64,000 nucleotides of DNA from Alphaproteobacteria bacterium (GCA_019233975.1 JAFALY010000035.1:65819-129818); one strand, 5' to 3'. Counted from the stretch's first letter, positions 31,275 to 40,991 are shown. The notes: generated by a model not told the origin, from the letters alone. Translations and numbers: made by a program.

Positions 31275-31796
31275 TCATTCCGCCCAATCAACCTCGATTT
31301 TCATGCCAGCCTGATAATGCCCCGCCACCAGACAGGCAAGCTCGATCGGGCTATCGGGCGTTTTGTTAAAACGCCATGTCAGCGACTTTGTTTCGCCGGG
31401 GCGCACCATGACAGAGGTTGCGCTGTCACCGTGCTGTGCGCCTGACATTTGCAGCATCATTTTTTGATGCTGGCGCAGGGCGGGTTTATCGCCGATGTCC
31501 AGTTCATGCAGGACTTTGTCTTTGTTGGTGACGACAAAGGTAATCACCTCGCCATGCTTGATGGTCAGGCTGTCCGGGTCAAAACGCATGTCGGGCAGGG
31601 CCAGAATGGTCACGGTGCGTGTTGCCTCGGCTGCCTTGGCAGGTTCGCCAAAGCTGTAGGTCGTTTGATCATCAGCACGGACGCTGACAGGTACCATGCC
31701 AAGGAAAAGCAGTAGACAAATAACGGCGCGTAACATGACACTCACCTGTTGTGAAATGCGATGCCACACCATAAAGCGCGTTTCCCTGCGGATCAA
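31275..31796 (-). CDS. Periplasmic cupredoxin (CopI/plastocyanin-like)
   Basis: Signal peptide, MRFDP, HEL, His/Met-rich loop, CLVAGHYQAGM type-1 Cu ligands. True start is probably downstream (about 31736). Confidence 0.85.
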   Translation of the reverse strand: MIRRETRFMVWHRISQQVSVMLRAVICLLLFLGMVPVSVRADDQTTYSFGEPAKAAEATRTVTILALPDMRFDPDSLTIKHGEVITFVVTNKDKVLHELDIGDKPALRQHQKMMLQMSGAQHGDSATSVMVRPGETKSLTWRFNKTPDSPIELACLVAGHYQAGMKIEVDWAE

Positions 31797-31817
31797 TGAT
31801 GCAAGTCAACCTTGCCC

Positions 31818-32354
31818 CTATGATTTTTGCTTTTCCGCCCCCTCCAGACCGTACCAGTCAACCAGCTTTTCCAAGCCTTCCTGCAACAAAGCGATGCCAG
31901 ACAGGCTGGGCATTTTGTCAAAACAGGCGGCATCGACAACGGTTGTGCCTGCACGACCCCCGATTTCTTCAACCGCATGGCGCCAACGGCGATAGGCGGC
32001 CTCGGCCGCATCGCTGCGGTCCGGGCGACCCCGGTTATGGTTGGGCTGGTCGTCAAGGCGCGGGGCATAACGGCCAATGGTGCGTATGGCCAGACCGGCC
32101 ATTTGGAAATCTGCTTTCAACCGCATGGCCGCTTCGCTTTGCGTCTCCGTGAGGAGGCCTTTCGTAACCATTATGTCTACGACATGCTCTTCGGCGGCCT
32201 TGGCTATGGCACCGGCATCAGGGGTTGGGCGGACCAGAAGGCGTCCGGTGTGCTGCCAGCGTTCAATCGGCCCCATATCTATGTAACCATATCTTTTCTT
32301 GAATCTTTTGTCTGATGATACGGGACGGCGGTGAGATCTACGGCAAAGCGGCAT
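31818..32354 (-). CDS. DUF6456-like protein (phage/GTA-regulator-like)
   Basis: GLLT..Q.EAA.RL.ADF, AYRRWR.AV..IG, DAAC, L.EGL..L.DWYG; AGGAG RBS. Confidence 0.6.
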   Translation of the reverse strand: MPLCRRSHRRPVSSDKRFKKRYGYIDMGPIERWQHTGRLLVRPTPDAGAIAKAAEEHVVDIMVTKGLLTETQSEAAMRLKADFQMAGLAIRTIGRYAPRLDDQPNHNRGRPDRSDAAEAAYRRWRHAVEEIGGRAGTTVVDAACFDKMPSLSGIALLQEGLEKLVDWYGLEGAEKQKS

Positions 32355-32388
32355 CGGAATCTCCTGTATATGGATGGTTGCCCATAAA

Positions 32389-32407
32389 CGTATCCAAAAT
32401 GGATACG
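32389..32407. promoter_or_regulatory. Palindromic operator between divergent DUF6456-like gene and repressor
   Basis: CGTATCCA-aaa-TGGATACG perfect inverted repeat; related half-site CGTACCCA at 32423-32430. Confidence 0.7.
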
Positions 32408-32488
32408 ATAATCAAGAAAAATCGTACCCATTTTGTACTATGACCCTGATGCGGGTTATGATATCTTGCGGCTAGAAAGACTTAACGC

Positions 32489-33121
32489 ATGAATCATATT
32501 CGCACACACCGCACCGCGCGTGGCTGGAGCCTGCAGCAGCTGGCCGATGCCGCGGGCACATCCAAAAGCCAGATCGACAAACTGGAAAAGGGTGAACGTC
32601 GCCTGACGGTCGACTGGATGGTACGGCTGGCGCGTGCGCTTTCTTGTGACCCGCGTGACCTGATGCCCGAGGCTGGCCTTGGCGGCGCTTTGGAACGTTC
32701 GGCCGCCAATGAAGATCGCCCATTTGCCGATTCCCAACATCTGATACCGGTGCGTGGCGCCGCGCGCGGTGGCGACCGGCAGGAAATGTTTTTGGCTGAT
32801 GGTCCCATTGACCATGTGCCGCGTCCTTATTATCTGGCGCATGTGCGCGACGCCTATGCCATTTATGTGGTTGGTACATCCATGGTGCCGATGTACAGGC
32901 CACGCCAGCTTTTATTCGTCAACCCGTATAAGCCGCCCGCGCCCGGTAACGGCGTTGTTATCATCGACCATCGCGGCGCCGTGTTGATTAAGGAATTTGT
33001 GCGCCAGAAACCAACCGGTGTTGTGGTGCGCGAATATCAACCGGCCCTGCGCGACTTTACCGTGGCACAGGATGATGTTGCGACCATGCACGCGGTTGTA
33101 GGTGCGGCAGAGCCGCAATAA
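32489..33121 (+). CDS. XRE HTH + S24 peptidase (CI/LexA-like) repressor
   Basis: SLQQLADAAGTSKSQIDKLEKGERRL; VGTSM (Ser) and LIKE (Lys) dyad. Confidence 0.9.
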   Translation: MNHIRTHRTARGWSLQQLADAAGTSKSQIDKLEKGERRLTVDWMVRLARALSCDPRDLMPEAGLGGALERSAANEDRPFADSQHLIPVRGAARGGDRQEMFLADGPIDHVPRPYYLAHVRDAYAIYVVGTSMVPMYRPRQLLFVNPYKPPAPGNGVVIIDHRGAVLIKEFVRQKPTGVVVREYQPALRDFTVAQDDVATMHAVVGAAEPQ

Positions 33122-33137
33122 ACAGACTGAATGGCGG

Positions 33138-34367
33138 TCAGCGTCGCGGCAGCAAACGCGCATCTTGCGGCGTGGGGTCGGCATAAATCGGCCATGCGGC
33201 ATGGTGCATCAGGGCTTCCTGTACCAGATGTTCCAGCAATTCGCTGAATAACATCGGGTTCTCACGCGACGCTTCCCACAGGAAATAACCGAATGAACCC
33301 GGTATGGTGTTCGCTTCATTGAACCAGACCTGACCCGTGGCGCCATTGCACAGGAAATCGAGGCGCGGCGCGCCTGCGCATGCCACGCTGTCAAACACCA
33401 TGGTGGCCCAACGGCGTATATTGGCTTCGGTTTCCGCAGGCAGTTCGGGGTTGATGGTACGCGTCAACGACAACATGCCTTCGCTCGCGCAGCCCGGGGT
33501 TTTGCTGCCGTCGGTTTTTGTGCCGGCTTTGGTGCCGTTGCCGCCGACATATTTGGTTTTGAAGTCCAGTAATGCGTTGGTGCGCTTGGGGCATTCAATG
33601 GCGGATGTGATAACGCGCCCGCCCCGGCGGCACACCGCCACGTTATATTCAACCAGATTATCGACAAAAGGTTCCAGCAAGGCCGTGTCGTCATAACGGA
33701 AAATACTGGCCGTCAGCACGTCCGATACTTCTTCGTATGATTTGACCATCGACACACCGATACTGCTGCCCATATGTGCGGGTTTGATGCAGCAGGGGAA
33801 GCTGACATCCGGCAACAGTTTCCGTAATTCGTCGGGCGTGATGAGCGTTCCCTCTGTCGGGCGGCGAATTTCCCAGAAAGGCAGGACGGGCACGTCCAAT
33901 CCCGCCAGAACGCGCTTGGTCGCCGCCTTGTCCATAAAGGCGGATGACGCCAGCACACGCGCGCCTGTATAGGGGACATGCGCCGTTTCAAACAAACCCT
34001 GCACCGCGCCGTCTTCGCCGATTGCGCCATGGAAGGCCAGAAACGCGACATCGAACGGAATGGTTTTTGTCCTGCCAAAAAAAGAGGTGCGACGCGTGAT
34101 CAGTTGCGGCTGACGCGGGCAGGACAGGTCCAATACAACCTCGGTCAAGGCGCCGCGTGTTACGTTGTCCAGCATATAACTGTTGCGGTGACGCAGCGCT
34201 TCGCCGGTCAACCACGCGCCGTCTGGCGCCACATAAAGCGGGATGGCCTCGAACAGGGTTGGGTCAAAGGCGGACAGGGCCTGCAAACCGGTGATGATGC
34301 TGACATCATGTTCGGGCGAACGCCCGCCAAACATCACCAGAATCTTCTTACGTTGTGTTGCGGACAT
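33138..34367 (-). CDS. ddl: D-alanine--D-alanine ligase family ATP-grasp enzyme
   Basis: FGGRSPEHDVS, HG..GEDG, MDK, KPA.MGSSIG, DF..KY, R.DF, NE.NTIPGS. Confidence 0.88.
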   Translation of the reverse strand: MSATQRKKILVMFGGRSPEHDVSIITGLQALSAFDPTLFEAIPLYVAPDGAWLTGEALRHRNSYMLDNVTRGALTEVVLDLSCPRQPQLITRRTSFFGRTKTIPFDVAFLAFHGAIGEDGAVQGLFETAHVPYTGARVLASSAFMDKAATKRVLAGLDVPVLPFWEIRRPTEGTLITPDELRKLLPDVSFPCCIKPAHMGSSIGVSMVKSYEEVSDVLTASIFRYDDTALLEPFVDNLVEYNVAVCRRGGRVITSAIECPKRTNALLDFKTKYVGGNGTKAGTKTDGSKTPGCASEGMLSLTRTINPELPAETEANIRRWATMVFDSVACAGAPRLDFLCNGATGQVWFNEANTIPGSFGYFLWEASRENPMLFSELLEHLVQEALMHHAAWPIYADPTPQDARLLPRR

Positions 34368-34481
34368 GGGGCAGATTTTCGCTTTCCAGACTATCGCTTT
34401 TCGGCTTGCTTCGATGAATAAAGTTTGGTGATCATAGGCCATGCCAACTGCGCAGCGCAAGTTGCGCGGCAATCTTTACCG

Positions 34482-35261
34482 ATGCAGGGTTTTGTGAACG
34501 ACGCCCCCCTTTCTTCCATCCATTACCGCCTGTCCGGCGTGGCGTTGGAACAGGCGTCACGCGTGTTTGTCTGGGGCCATGGCTGGGGGCAGAGCGGGCA
34601 GGTTTTCGCCCCTATGGCCGAATCATTGCCACAGGCGGCGCATATACTGCTCGACTTCCCCGGTTTTGGCGCGTCACCCCTGCCGCCCGCCCATTGGGGC
34701 GTTGCCGATTACGCCGATGCCTGTGCCGCACTGCTGGACACCCTGCCGTTGCCGGGCAAAGAGGTCATCTGGGTCGGGCATTCTTTTGGCGGTCGCGTGG
34801 GCGTCAGTTTGGTCGCGCGGTATCCGGGCAAAATTACCAAATTGTGCCTGGTCGCGGCGGCCGGGCTGAAGCGCCGCCGTCCCTGGTACCAGAAACTGCG
34901 GTCCGGGATACAGGTCGCTTTTTTCAAAACCTTGCGTCGTTTGCCATGGCATCTGGCGTGGGTTGAACGCATGAAGTCGCGCATGGGCAGTGCCGATTAC
35001 AGGAATGCGGGCGCCATGCGTCCGGTGTTCGTGCGTGTTGTGAATGAAGATCTGGCCGCCACCGCGCTGCAGATACGCTGCCCGACTTTACTGATTTACG
35101 GCGGGCGGGACACTGAAACGCCGCCCAGTATGGGCGAAGATTATGCCCATCTGATACCGCAGGTGCGCTTTCTGCTGGCCCCGGACGCTGATCATTACTC
35201 CCTTTTGGGCGCGCATCGCGCGATTGTCATGAAATGGATCAAGGAATTTACGGGATGCTGA
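34482..35261 (+). CDS. Alpha/beta-fold hydrolase
   Basis: HGWG, DFPGFG, GHSFGG nucleophile elbow, D(TETP), H. Confidence 0.9.
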   Translation: MQGFVNDAPLSSIHYRLSGVALEQASRVFVWGHGWGQSGQVFAPMAESLPQAAHILLDFPGFGASPLPPAHWGVADYADACAALLDTLPLPGKEVIWVGHSFGGRVGVSLVARYPGKITKLCLVAAAGLKRRRPWYQKLRSGIQVAFFKTLRRLPWHLAWVERMKSRMGSADYRNAGAMRPVFVRVVNEDLAATALQIRCPTLLIYGGRDTETPPSMGEDYAHLIPQVRFLLAPDADHYSLLGAHRAIVMKWIKEFTGC

Positions 35262-36853
35262 ATTTTGACAACGGCGCTATGGCCATCGTCCTATTATCGG
35301 CGTGCGGGTTTTGCTATCGCCGCCTGCTGCGCTACTTGCATATGTTCCAGCAGGATGATTATAACGAAGTGCGTCTGCTACAATGGTTGTGGCATACGGG
35401 CTCATTCGATCGTCGCATTTCTATAGCCTTGGTATTGATCGCCTTGCTGGCGGTTTGGGTTTTGTCTCCGTCCTATGCCGCCTTGGCCGTTGCGTTACTG
35501 TTCGCTGTTGCCGCGTGGCGCGAACCTGACCCCCGTGTGGCGGGTAAAAAGAAACTGGTCATCACGCAACGTGCGCGCCGCATTCTGGTGATGGCGTGCC
35601 TGTTGCAGTTCCTGCTTATACTCGCAGTCGGCATTAAAATGCAGCCTGTCGCATGGGTCTTGGCTGTGCAGTTTGTGCCCTTGGCCGTTGTGATCGGCAA
35701 TATCCTGCTGCGCCCCGTGGAAGCGCGTATTCAGGCCAAGATTATGCGCGAAGCCGTGCAGCGGTTGCAGCAGGTCGCGCCAAAGATTATCGGCATCACC
35801 GGGTCATTCGGCAAAACATCCGTCAAACACATTCTGGGCCATGTGCTGGAAGTGAACGCGTCCACGCTCTATACGCCGGGCAGCGTCAATACGCTCATGG
35901 GCATTTCGCGCATTATCCGCGAGAAATTGCCGGACCAATGCCGCTTTTTCATTGTGGAGATGGGAGCCTATGGCGTGGGGTCTATTACACGCCTGTGCCG
36001 TTTCACGCCGCCTGATCTGGGCATTATCACGGCGATCGGCGAGGCACATTATGAACGTTTCAAAAGCCTGGATGGCGTGGCGCACGCCAAGTTCGAATTG
36101 GCCGACAGCGTATGGCGTAAGCCAGATGGGCAGATGGTCCTGCATCAGCAAACACTGTCACAACCCTATGCCGCCGGTCAGGTGGCCGCGCATCGTGGGC
36201 AGGCCTGGGTGTGCGGAGCGGGTCCCGATGCGGATGCTGCTGTGCAAGATGTGCAAACAACGCCACAGGGGTTGACGCTGTCCCTTACGTGGTGCGGCAT
36301 GACCTATGCGCTGCAAGTGCCATTGTTCGGCAAACATCACGCGGACAACGTGGCACTGGCATTTGTGGCGGCGGCCACGCTTGGTATCGCGCCTGAGAAA
36401 ATTGTCTATGCGTTGCGTACCGTGCCACAGATCAAGCACCGGCTGGAGGTTAAAAAGCAAGGTGATATGACCCTGATCGACGACGCGTTCAATTCCAACC
36501 CGCGCGGTTTTGCCGAAGCGGTTGATGTGATGGCGTTGCTGGCATCGGCGGGGCAGGGCCGCGCCATTTTGGTGACGCCGGGTTTGGTGGAGTTGGGCGA
36601 GCGGCACGATCAGGTGCATCATGATCTGGGGGTCCATGCAGCGCAGAAAAGTGATGTCGTATTGGCGATTGCTCCCGATCGTATCCCCGATTTCATTACC
36701 GCCATCCAGCAAACCGCGCCGGGTAAAACGCTTTTACTGATGCCGACCATGGCGGCGGCATTGGCATGGGTGCGCGATAATGCGCGTGCAAGCGACGTTG
36801 TGCTGCTTGAAAACGATTTGCCGGATTTGTACGAAGCGCGCCTCAGCCTCTAA
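35255..36853 (+). CDS. murF: MurF-like Mur ligase with N-terminal membrane domain
   Basis: N-terminal TM helices, GITGSFGKTS, SVNT.MG, VEMGA, HYERF, HRL, DDAFNSNP, TPG.VELG, ENDLPD. Confidence 0.8.
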   Translation: MLNFDNGAMAIVLLSACGFCYRRLLRYLHMFQQDDYNEVRLLQWLWHTGSFDRRISIALVLIALLAVWVLSPSYAALAVALLFAVAAWREPDPRVAGKKKLVITQRARRILVMACLLQFLLILAVGIKMQPVAWVLAVQFVPLAVVIGNILLRPVEARIQAKIMREAVQRLQQVAPKIIGITGSFGKTSVKHILGHVLEVNASTLYTPGSVNTLMGISRIIREKLPDQCRFFIVEMGAYGVGSITRLCRFTPPDLGIITAIGEAHYERFKSLDGVAHAKFELADSVWRKPDGQMVLHQQTLSQPYAAGQVAAHRGQAWVCGAGPDADAAVQDVQTTPQGLTLSLTWCGMTYALQVPLFGKHHADNVALAFVAAATLGIAPEKIVYALRTVPQIKHRLEVKKQGDMTLIDDAFNSNPRGFAEAVDVMALLASAGQGRAILVTPGLVELGERHDQVHHDLGVHAAQKSDVVLAIAPDRIPDFITAIQQTAPGKTLLLMPTMAAALAWVRDNARASDVVLLENDLPDLYEARLSL

Positions 36854-36864
36854 GGCAAACGGCC

Positions 36865-37974
36865 TTAAGCGTGCGCGTTGATCAGGTCGCCCAGTTTGTC
36901 GACCAGAAACGCCATGTCGTCCTGACCCATATCCTGATACTGCGTCAAAATACGTTCAATGACGCGCGCGCGGTAAATGTCGCGGCCATTGGCTTCATCG
37001 ACCATCAGCGTTTCGCTGATCACGTCAACGGCAGTGCGGAAGGCAGGCAGCAGGCGTGGCGGCAGGCTGGTTTTGGCGTAAAGCGACTTCAGGCCCAAAC
37101 GCCCTGCATCATGGATCAGGATGCGTGCGTTGACGATCGGCACATTGGCCAAAACCGCCATGGATACTTCGAAAAACAGCAGGTCGCCCATGCAAACCGA
37201 ACGCAGCACCAATGACGGCGTCAGGCGCTTGTTCTGATGCATCTGGGTCAGCATGCGTTCCAGGTCTTTTTCATTCGAATTGCCGGACAATGTCATCACG
37301 GCGCGTTCGCGCGATTGCAGCACAAGATTGGCCGCGATATTCGGCGACATTTCATGGTGCACCATCAGATAATCCTGCAGATTATCCGATACCAAAGTAA
37401 CCAGACGTTCGGCCACGACAGCGGGCAGGGTATCGCGCTTCACCATCTTTTCCTTGACCAGATTGCTTTCGGAAAAGCGGTCAACCGCCTTGTTCATGCT
37501 GGGCGTGTTGATGACGGCGCCGTTGTTTTCCATCAAACGGGCAACCGTCTTTTCGCTGCCTTTATCGATCAGCGCCTCGGAAACTTTTTCAGACACAATC
37601 GCGCGCGATGCAATCGCTGCGTGTTTGGCCTCGTCGCCTTTGTGGACAATGGCGGTCAGGTCTTCGTCGGTTAAAATGCTGGAATAAGTCAAAATGGGTG
37701 AGGCAACGCTTTCGACGTCGTTCGCCAGCTTGACGGCAACGTCGTGCGGCATGCGTGCGGCGCTGCGCAGGCTTTCGGCCAGGGCCTGACGCACGGAAAC
37801 TTCGACGTCACGCGCCATGATGCGCACGATATCCTCGGCCAATCCAAGCTCGGTTGACGTCATGCGCGGGTTGTCGATTTCAAGGGCCAGCTTACTGGCA
37901 AGCTCAGCACGCACTTTCGGCAATGGCTCAGCGAGCAGTTTGGCGACGTCGGATTGTGACAGGCTTGATGCCAT
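36865..37974 (-). CDS. DUF2336 domain protein
   Basis: LSQSDVAKLL, D.EV.VR.ALAE, LANDVESVA.PIL..S..L.D.DL. Confidence 0.85.
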   Translation of the reverse strand: MASSLSQSDVAKLLAEPLPKVRAELASKLALEIDNPRMTSTELGLAEDIVRIMARDVEVSVRQALAESLRSAARMPHDVAVKLANDVESVASPILTYSSILTDEDLTAIVHKGDEAKHAAIASRAIVSEKVSEALIDKGSEKTVARLMENNGAVINTPSMNKAVDRFSESNLVKEKMVKRDTLPAVVAERLVTLVSDNLQDYLMVHHEMSPNIAANLVLQSRERAVMTLSGNSNEKDLERMLTQMHQNKRLTPSLVLRSVCMGDLLFFEVSMAVLANVPIVNARILIHDAGRLGLKSLYAKTSLPPRLLPAFRTAVDVISETLMVDEANGRDIYRARVIERILTQYQDMGQDDMAFLVDKLGDLINAHA

Positions 37975-38046
37975 AGAGGTTCGACCCGAAAGTATATTGT
38001 GCTGTAATTGGACCAGAAAGGCAGGTCCTACTAACCATAGCTTATC

Positions 38047-38061
38047 TTAAAACTAAGTTTA
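38047..38061 (-). promoter_or_regulatory. Near-consensus CtrA box upstream of DUF2336 gene
   Basis: TTAAaactaagTTTA on + strand (one mismatch) in AT-rich intergenic DNA. Confidence 0.35.
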
Positions 38062-38262
38062 CACAAAATATTTGCCCATTCGTAAACGCCCTGACCATTT
38101 TCGTATGTTATGGTGCAACAATGACGCATTTGGCCATATATAGACGTTTTATTTCCTATCATTTTAATAAAACTGCATCCGGTTGATGCGAACGGTTATT
38201 GCCAAGGCGGCTACCCTGCCTGTATAGGGTCGGTCGATGTTTTTCCAACCGACGGGCCAAAC

Positions 38263-38787
38263 ATGACCATGATCGACTTCAAAAAGCATATTCGCGGCGT
38301 TCCGGATTTCCCGAAACCGGGGATCCTTTTTTACGATATCGGCACCCTATTGGCGAACGGACCCGTCTGGCGTCAGGCGGTTGACCAGATGGTTGAAAGG
38401 GTCCGCCCCCTGCAACCCGAGGTTTTAATCGGCATCGAATCGCGCGGCTTTTTGGTGGCGGCGCCCTTGGCCGCGGCACTGAATATCGGTTTCGTCATGG
38501 CGCGCAAAAAAGGCAAGCTGCCGGGCAAAACCATCCCGCACACTTACGACCTTGAATATGGTTCCGACACCATCGAAATTCAGGAAGGCATGCTGGCCCC
38601 GGGGCAACGCGCGGTTATCTGTGATGACCTGCTGGCGACCGGCGGCACTTGCGCTGCGGCCATTCATTTGGCACGCAAAATCGGTGCCGATGTCATTCAT
38701 GCCGCTTTTGTCATAGAGCTCGCGTTCCTGAACGGGCGCAGCAAGCTGGGCGTGCCTTGCACCAGCCTTATCAGCTACGACGAATAA
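38263..38787 (+). CDS. apt: Adenine phosphoribosyltransferase
   Basis: [34 protein letters not shown]. Confidence 0.97.
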   Translation: MTMIDFKKHIRGVPDFPKPGILFYDIGTLLANGPVWRQAVDQMVERVRPLQPEVLIGIESRGFLVAAPLAAALNIGFVMARKKGKLPGKTIPHTYDLEYGSDTIEIQEGMLAPGQRAVICDDLLATGGTCAAAIHLARKIGADVIHAAFVIELAFLNGRSKLGVPCTSLISYDE

Positions 38788-38790
38788 CGA

Positions 38791-40230
38791 TCAATAACTG
38801 CCCGGGCTCAATACTAAACAGGCCTGACCCTTGCTGGTCAGGTCGGTGCAGACCGTTTGCGCGGTCTGCGCATCAAGGTCCAGAATACGCGCGCGGTAAA
38901 TGGTGGCCTTGCCGTTACTCATTTTCTGCAATTCCGGACGGGCTGTTCCCAACAATTGAGGCATACCGTTGATGGTGTTGGCCAGAGATTGCCGTCCGAC
39001 ATCGACATCACTATAGGCGCCAATCTGTATCGCATAACGCGTGCTGTCCGCCGGGGGAGCCGCACTTACGGCCATGCTGCCGCCATGCGTGGCGGGGGCC
39101 GTAGCGCCGACAATTACCGGAGTGGGTGCAGCAGTATTATCATTGGCGGCCTGTACGGTTGCCACTGCGGGCGTCGGGGTTGGTTTGACGGGCGGTCTTG
39201 CTGTCACAAAAACGGCATCCGCGCGCGGCGGCAGGCGGATCGCGCTGCCGACTTTAATGGTCGATTCTTCCTCTTCGCTGTCATTGTTATCGCCCTGTGC
39301 TTCATCCTGACGCACGGCCATAACGCGACCTGTGCGTTGTTCTTCATGCGCGCGCTCAAAGGCGTCATCCAGCAACTGCGCCATGTGGTTATCACGCGCG
39401 ATGGCGGACTTGCCGCCGAACACAACGCCGATCAGGCGGAGATTGCCGCGCTTGGCGGACGCAACCAGATTGAACCCCGAGGCGCGGATATAACCGGTCT
39501 TGATGCCATCCATGCCGTCATAACGTTCTTTCAAATGGTTGTGGTTGTGATGCGCAATACCGGCATAGGTAAAACTGTCGTGATCGAAATAGGGGTAGTA
39601 GTGCGGGAAATGATAAACCAACGCATGTCCTAACAATGCCATATCGTGTGCCGTCGTTACCTGACCCGGGTCCGGCAGGCCTGACGGATTATTGAAATGT
39701 GTGTGCATCATGCCCAGCGCGTGCGCTTGTCGCGTCATCATCGCGCCAAAACCTTCTTCACTGCCCCCCATCCATTCGGCCAGAACAACGGCGGCATCAT
39801 TCGCGGATTCCGTGACCAGACCTAAAATGGCGTCTTCGACGCGGATGCGCTGCCCGGGGCGCAGGCCCAATTTAGAGGGGGCCTGTTCGGCAGCGTTTTC
39901 CGATACGGGCAAATATTGGTTCAACCCCAGCCGCCCGGCATCCAGCGCCTGAAAGGTGATGTACAGCGTCATCATTTTTGTCAGCGAAGCCGGATGGCGG
40001 ATGCTGTCGGCGGCTGTGGCGTGCAGGACCTCACCCGTTTCCGCATTAATCACCAAGTCGGCATAGCTGGCGCCATGGTCGACCAGAGCATGCGCGTGCT
40101 TGACCTTTTTGTGCCCTTTGTGATGCTTTTTGGGGGCCGCCCAAGCATGGCCTGAAGACAAGCATAGGGCTAACATTATGATAAATAAAAGGGATTTTTT
40201 TATAAGAGAACTGTTTCGCATAGCATCCAT
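38791..40230 (-). CDS. D-alanyl-D-alanine carboxypeptidase (S11) with C-terminal SPOR domain
   Basis: Signal peptide, PASLTK, SAND, KTG, C-terminal IQIGAY...YRARI. Confidence 0.9.
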   Translation of the reverse strand: MDAMRNSSLIKKSLLFIIMLALCLSSGHAWAAPKKHHKGHKKVKHAHALVDHGASYADLVINAETGEVLHATAADSIRHPASLTKMMTLYITFQALDAGRLGLNQYLPVSENAAEQAPSKLGLRPGQRIRVEDAILGLVTESANDAAVVLAEWMGGSEEGFGAMMTRQAHALGMMHTHFNNPSGLPDPGQVTTAHDMALLGHALVYHFPHYYPYFDHDSFTYAGIAHHNHNHLKERYDGMDGIKTGYIRASGFNLVASAKRGNLRLIGVVFGGKSAIARDNHMAQLLDDAFERAHEEQRTGRVMAVRQDEAQGDNNDSEEEESTIKVGSAIRLPPRADAVFVTARPPVKPTPTPAVATVQAANDNTAAPTPVIVGATAPATHGGSMAVSAAPPADSTRYAIQIGAYSDVDVGRQSLANTINGMPQLLGTARPELQKMSNGKATIYRARILDLDAQTAQTVCTDLTSKGQACLVLSPGSY

Positions 40231-40409
40231 AGCGGGTTTGATTCGCCGTTCGTCCAGATTCGGCTTAATGAATCCAGAAATCAAGGACGCGGTTACGCAC
40301 TTGACAGTATATTCTCAATATCGTTAAAATTGTGCAATGCAATATGATCGTGGAAGCGATGTTGCAAGGGCCGAAAAAAGCCCGACCCTCGAACCAGTAC
40401 AGGTTATCG

Positions 40410-40991
40410 ATGACGCGTAAAAGCACGCCCAGAACGAAAGCCAAGACTGCACCCAAGGCTAAGGCTGCCGCTGCGCCGTCCAAGCCTGCGTCAAAGTCCG
40501 TGAAGGTCAAATTGGTGAAAGCCGAGCTTGTTGAATCAGTGCCTGCGACCCTCATGCCTTTAAACCCCCTCAACACCACCGAATGGAGGAATAGTCCAAT
40601 GTCAGAACAAGTCGAAAAGGCCACTCAGGCGATGATCACGGCCTATGAAGAATTGAACAAGTACACCCGCGAAGCGGTTGATGCTTCTGTCCGTGCGGCC
40701 AATGCGTTCAGCAAGGGTTGGGAAGAAACCGCCCGTAGCACCAGCACCCTGTTGCAAGACAGCGTGTCGCGCGCCATGGCGGCAGGCAAGACCATTGCCT
40801 CGGCCAAGAACATCCGCGACGTTGTCGATACGCACAATGAATTCGTCAAGGATTACGTCGATGCGGTCATCGCCAACACCGGCAAGATTACCGAAATCTC
40901 GGCCCGCGTGACCAAGGAAGTTGTGGAACCCATCGCGCAACACGCGACGGAAACCGTTTCCCGCATTATGCAAAAAGCGCGCGCTGCCTAA
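40410..40991 (+). CDS. Phasin-family protein with Lys/Ala/Pro-rich N-terminal extension (alternative start at 40599)
   Basis: Helical phasin_2-like domain. GGAGG RBS before ATG 40599; upstream in-frame ATG at 40410. Confidence 0.75.
   Translation: MTRKSTPRTKAKTAPKAKAAAAPSKPASKSVKVKLVKAELVESVPATLMPLNPLNTTEWRNSPMSEQVEKATQAMITAYEELNKYTREAVDASVRAANAFSKGWEETARSTSTLLQDSVSRAMAAGKTIASAKNIRDVVDTHNEFVKDYVDAVIANTGKITEISARVTKEVVEPIAQHATETVSRIMQKARAA

Noticed and set aside
30339-33121. Prophage or integrative element
   Set aside because: No integrase, terminase, structural genes, flanking direct repeats or tRNA visible.
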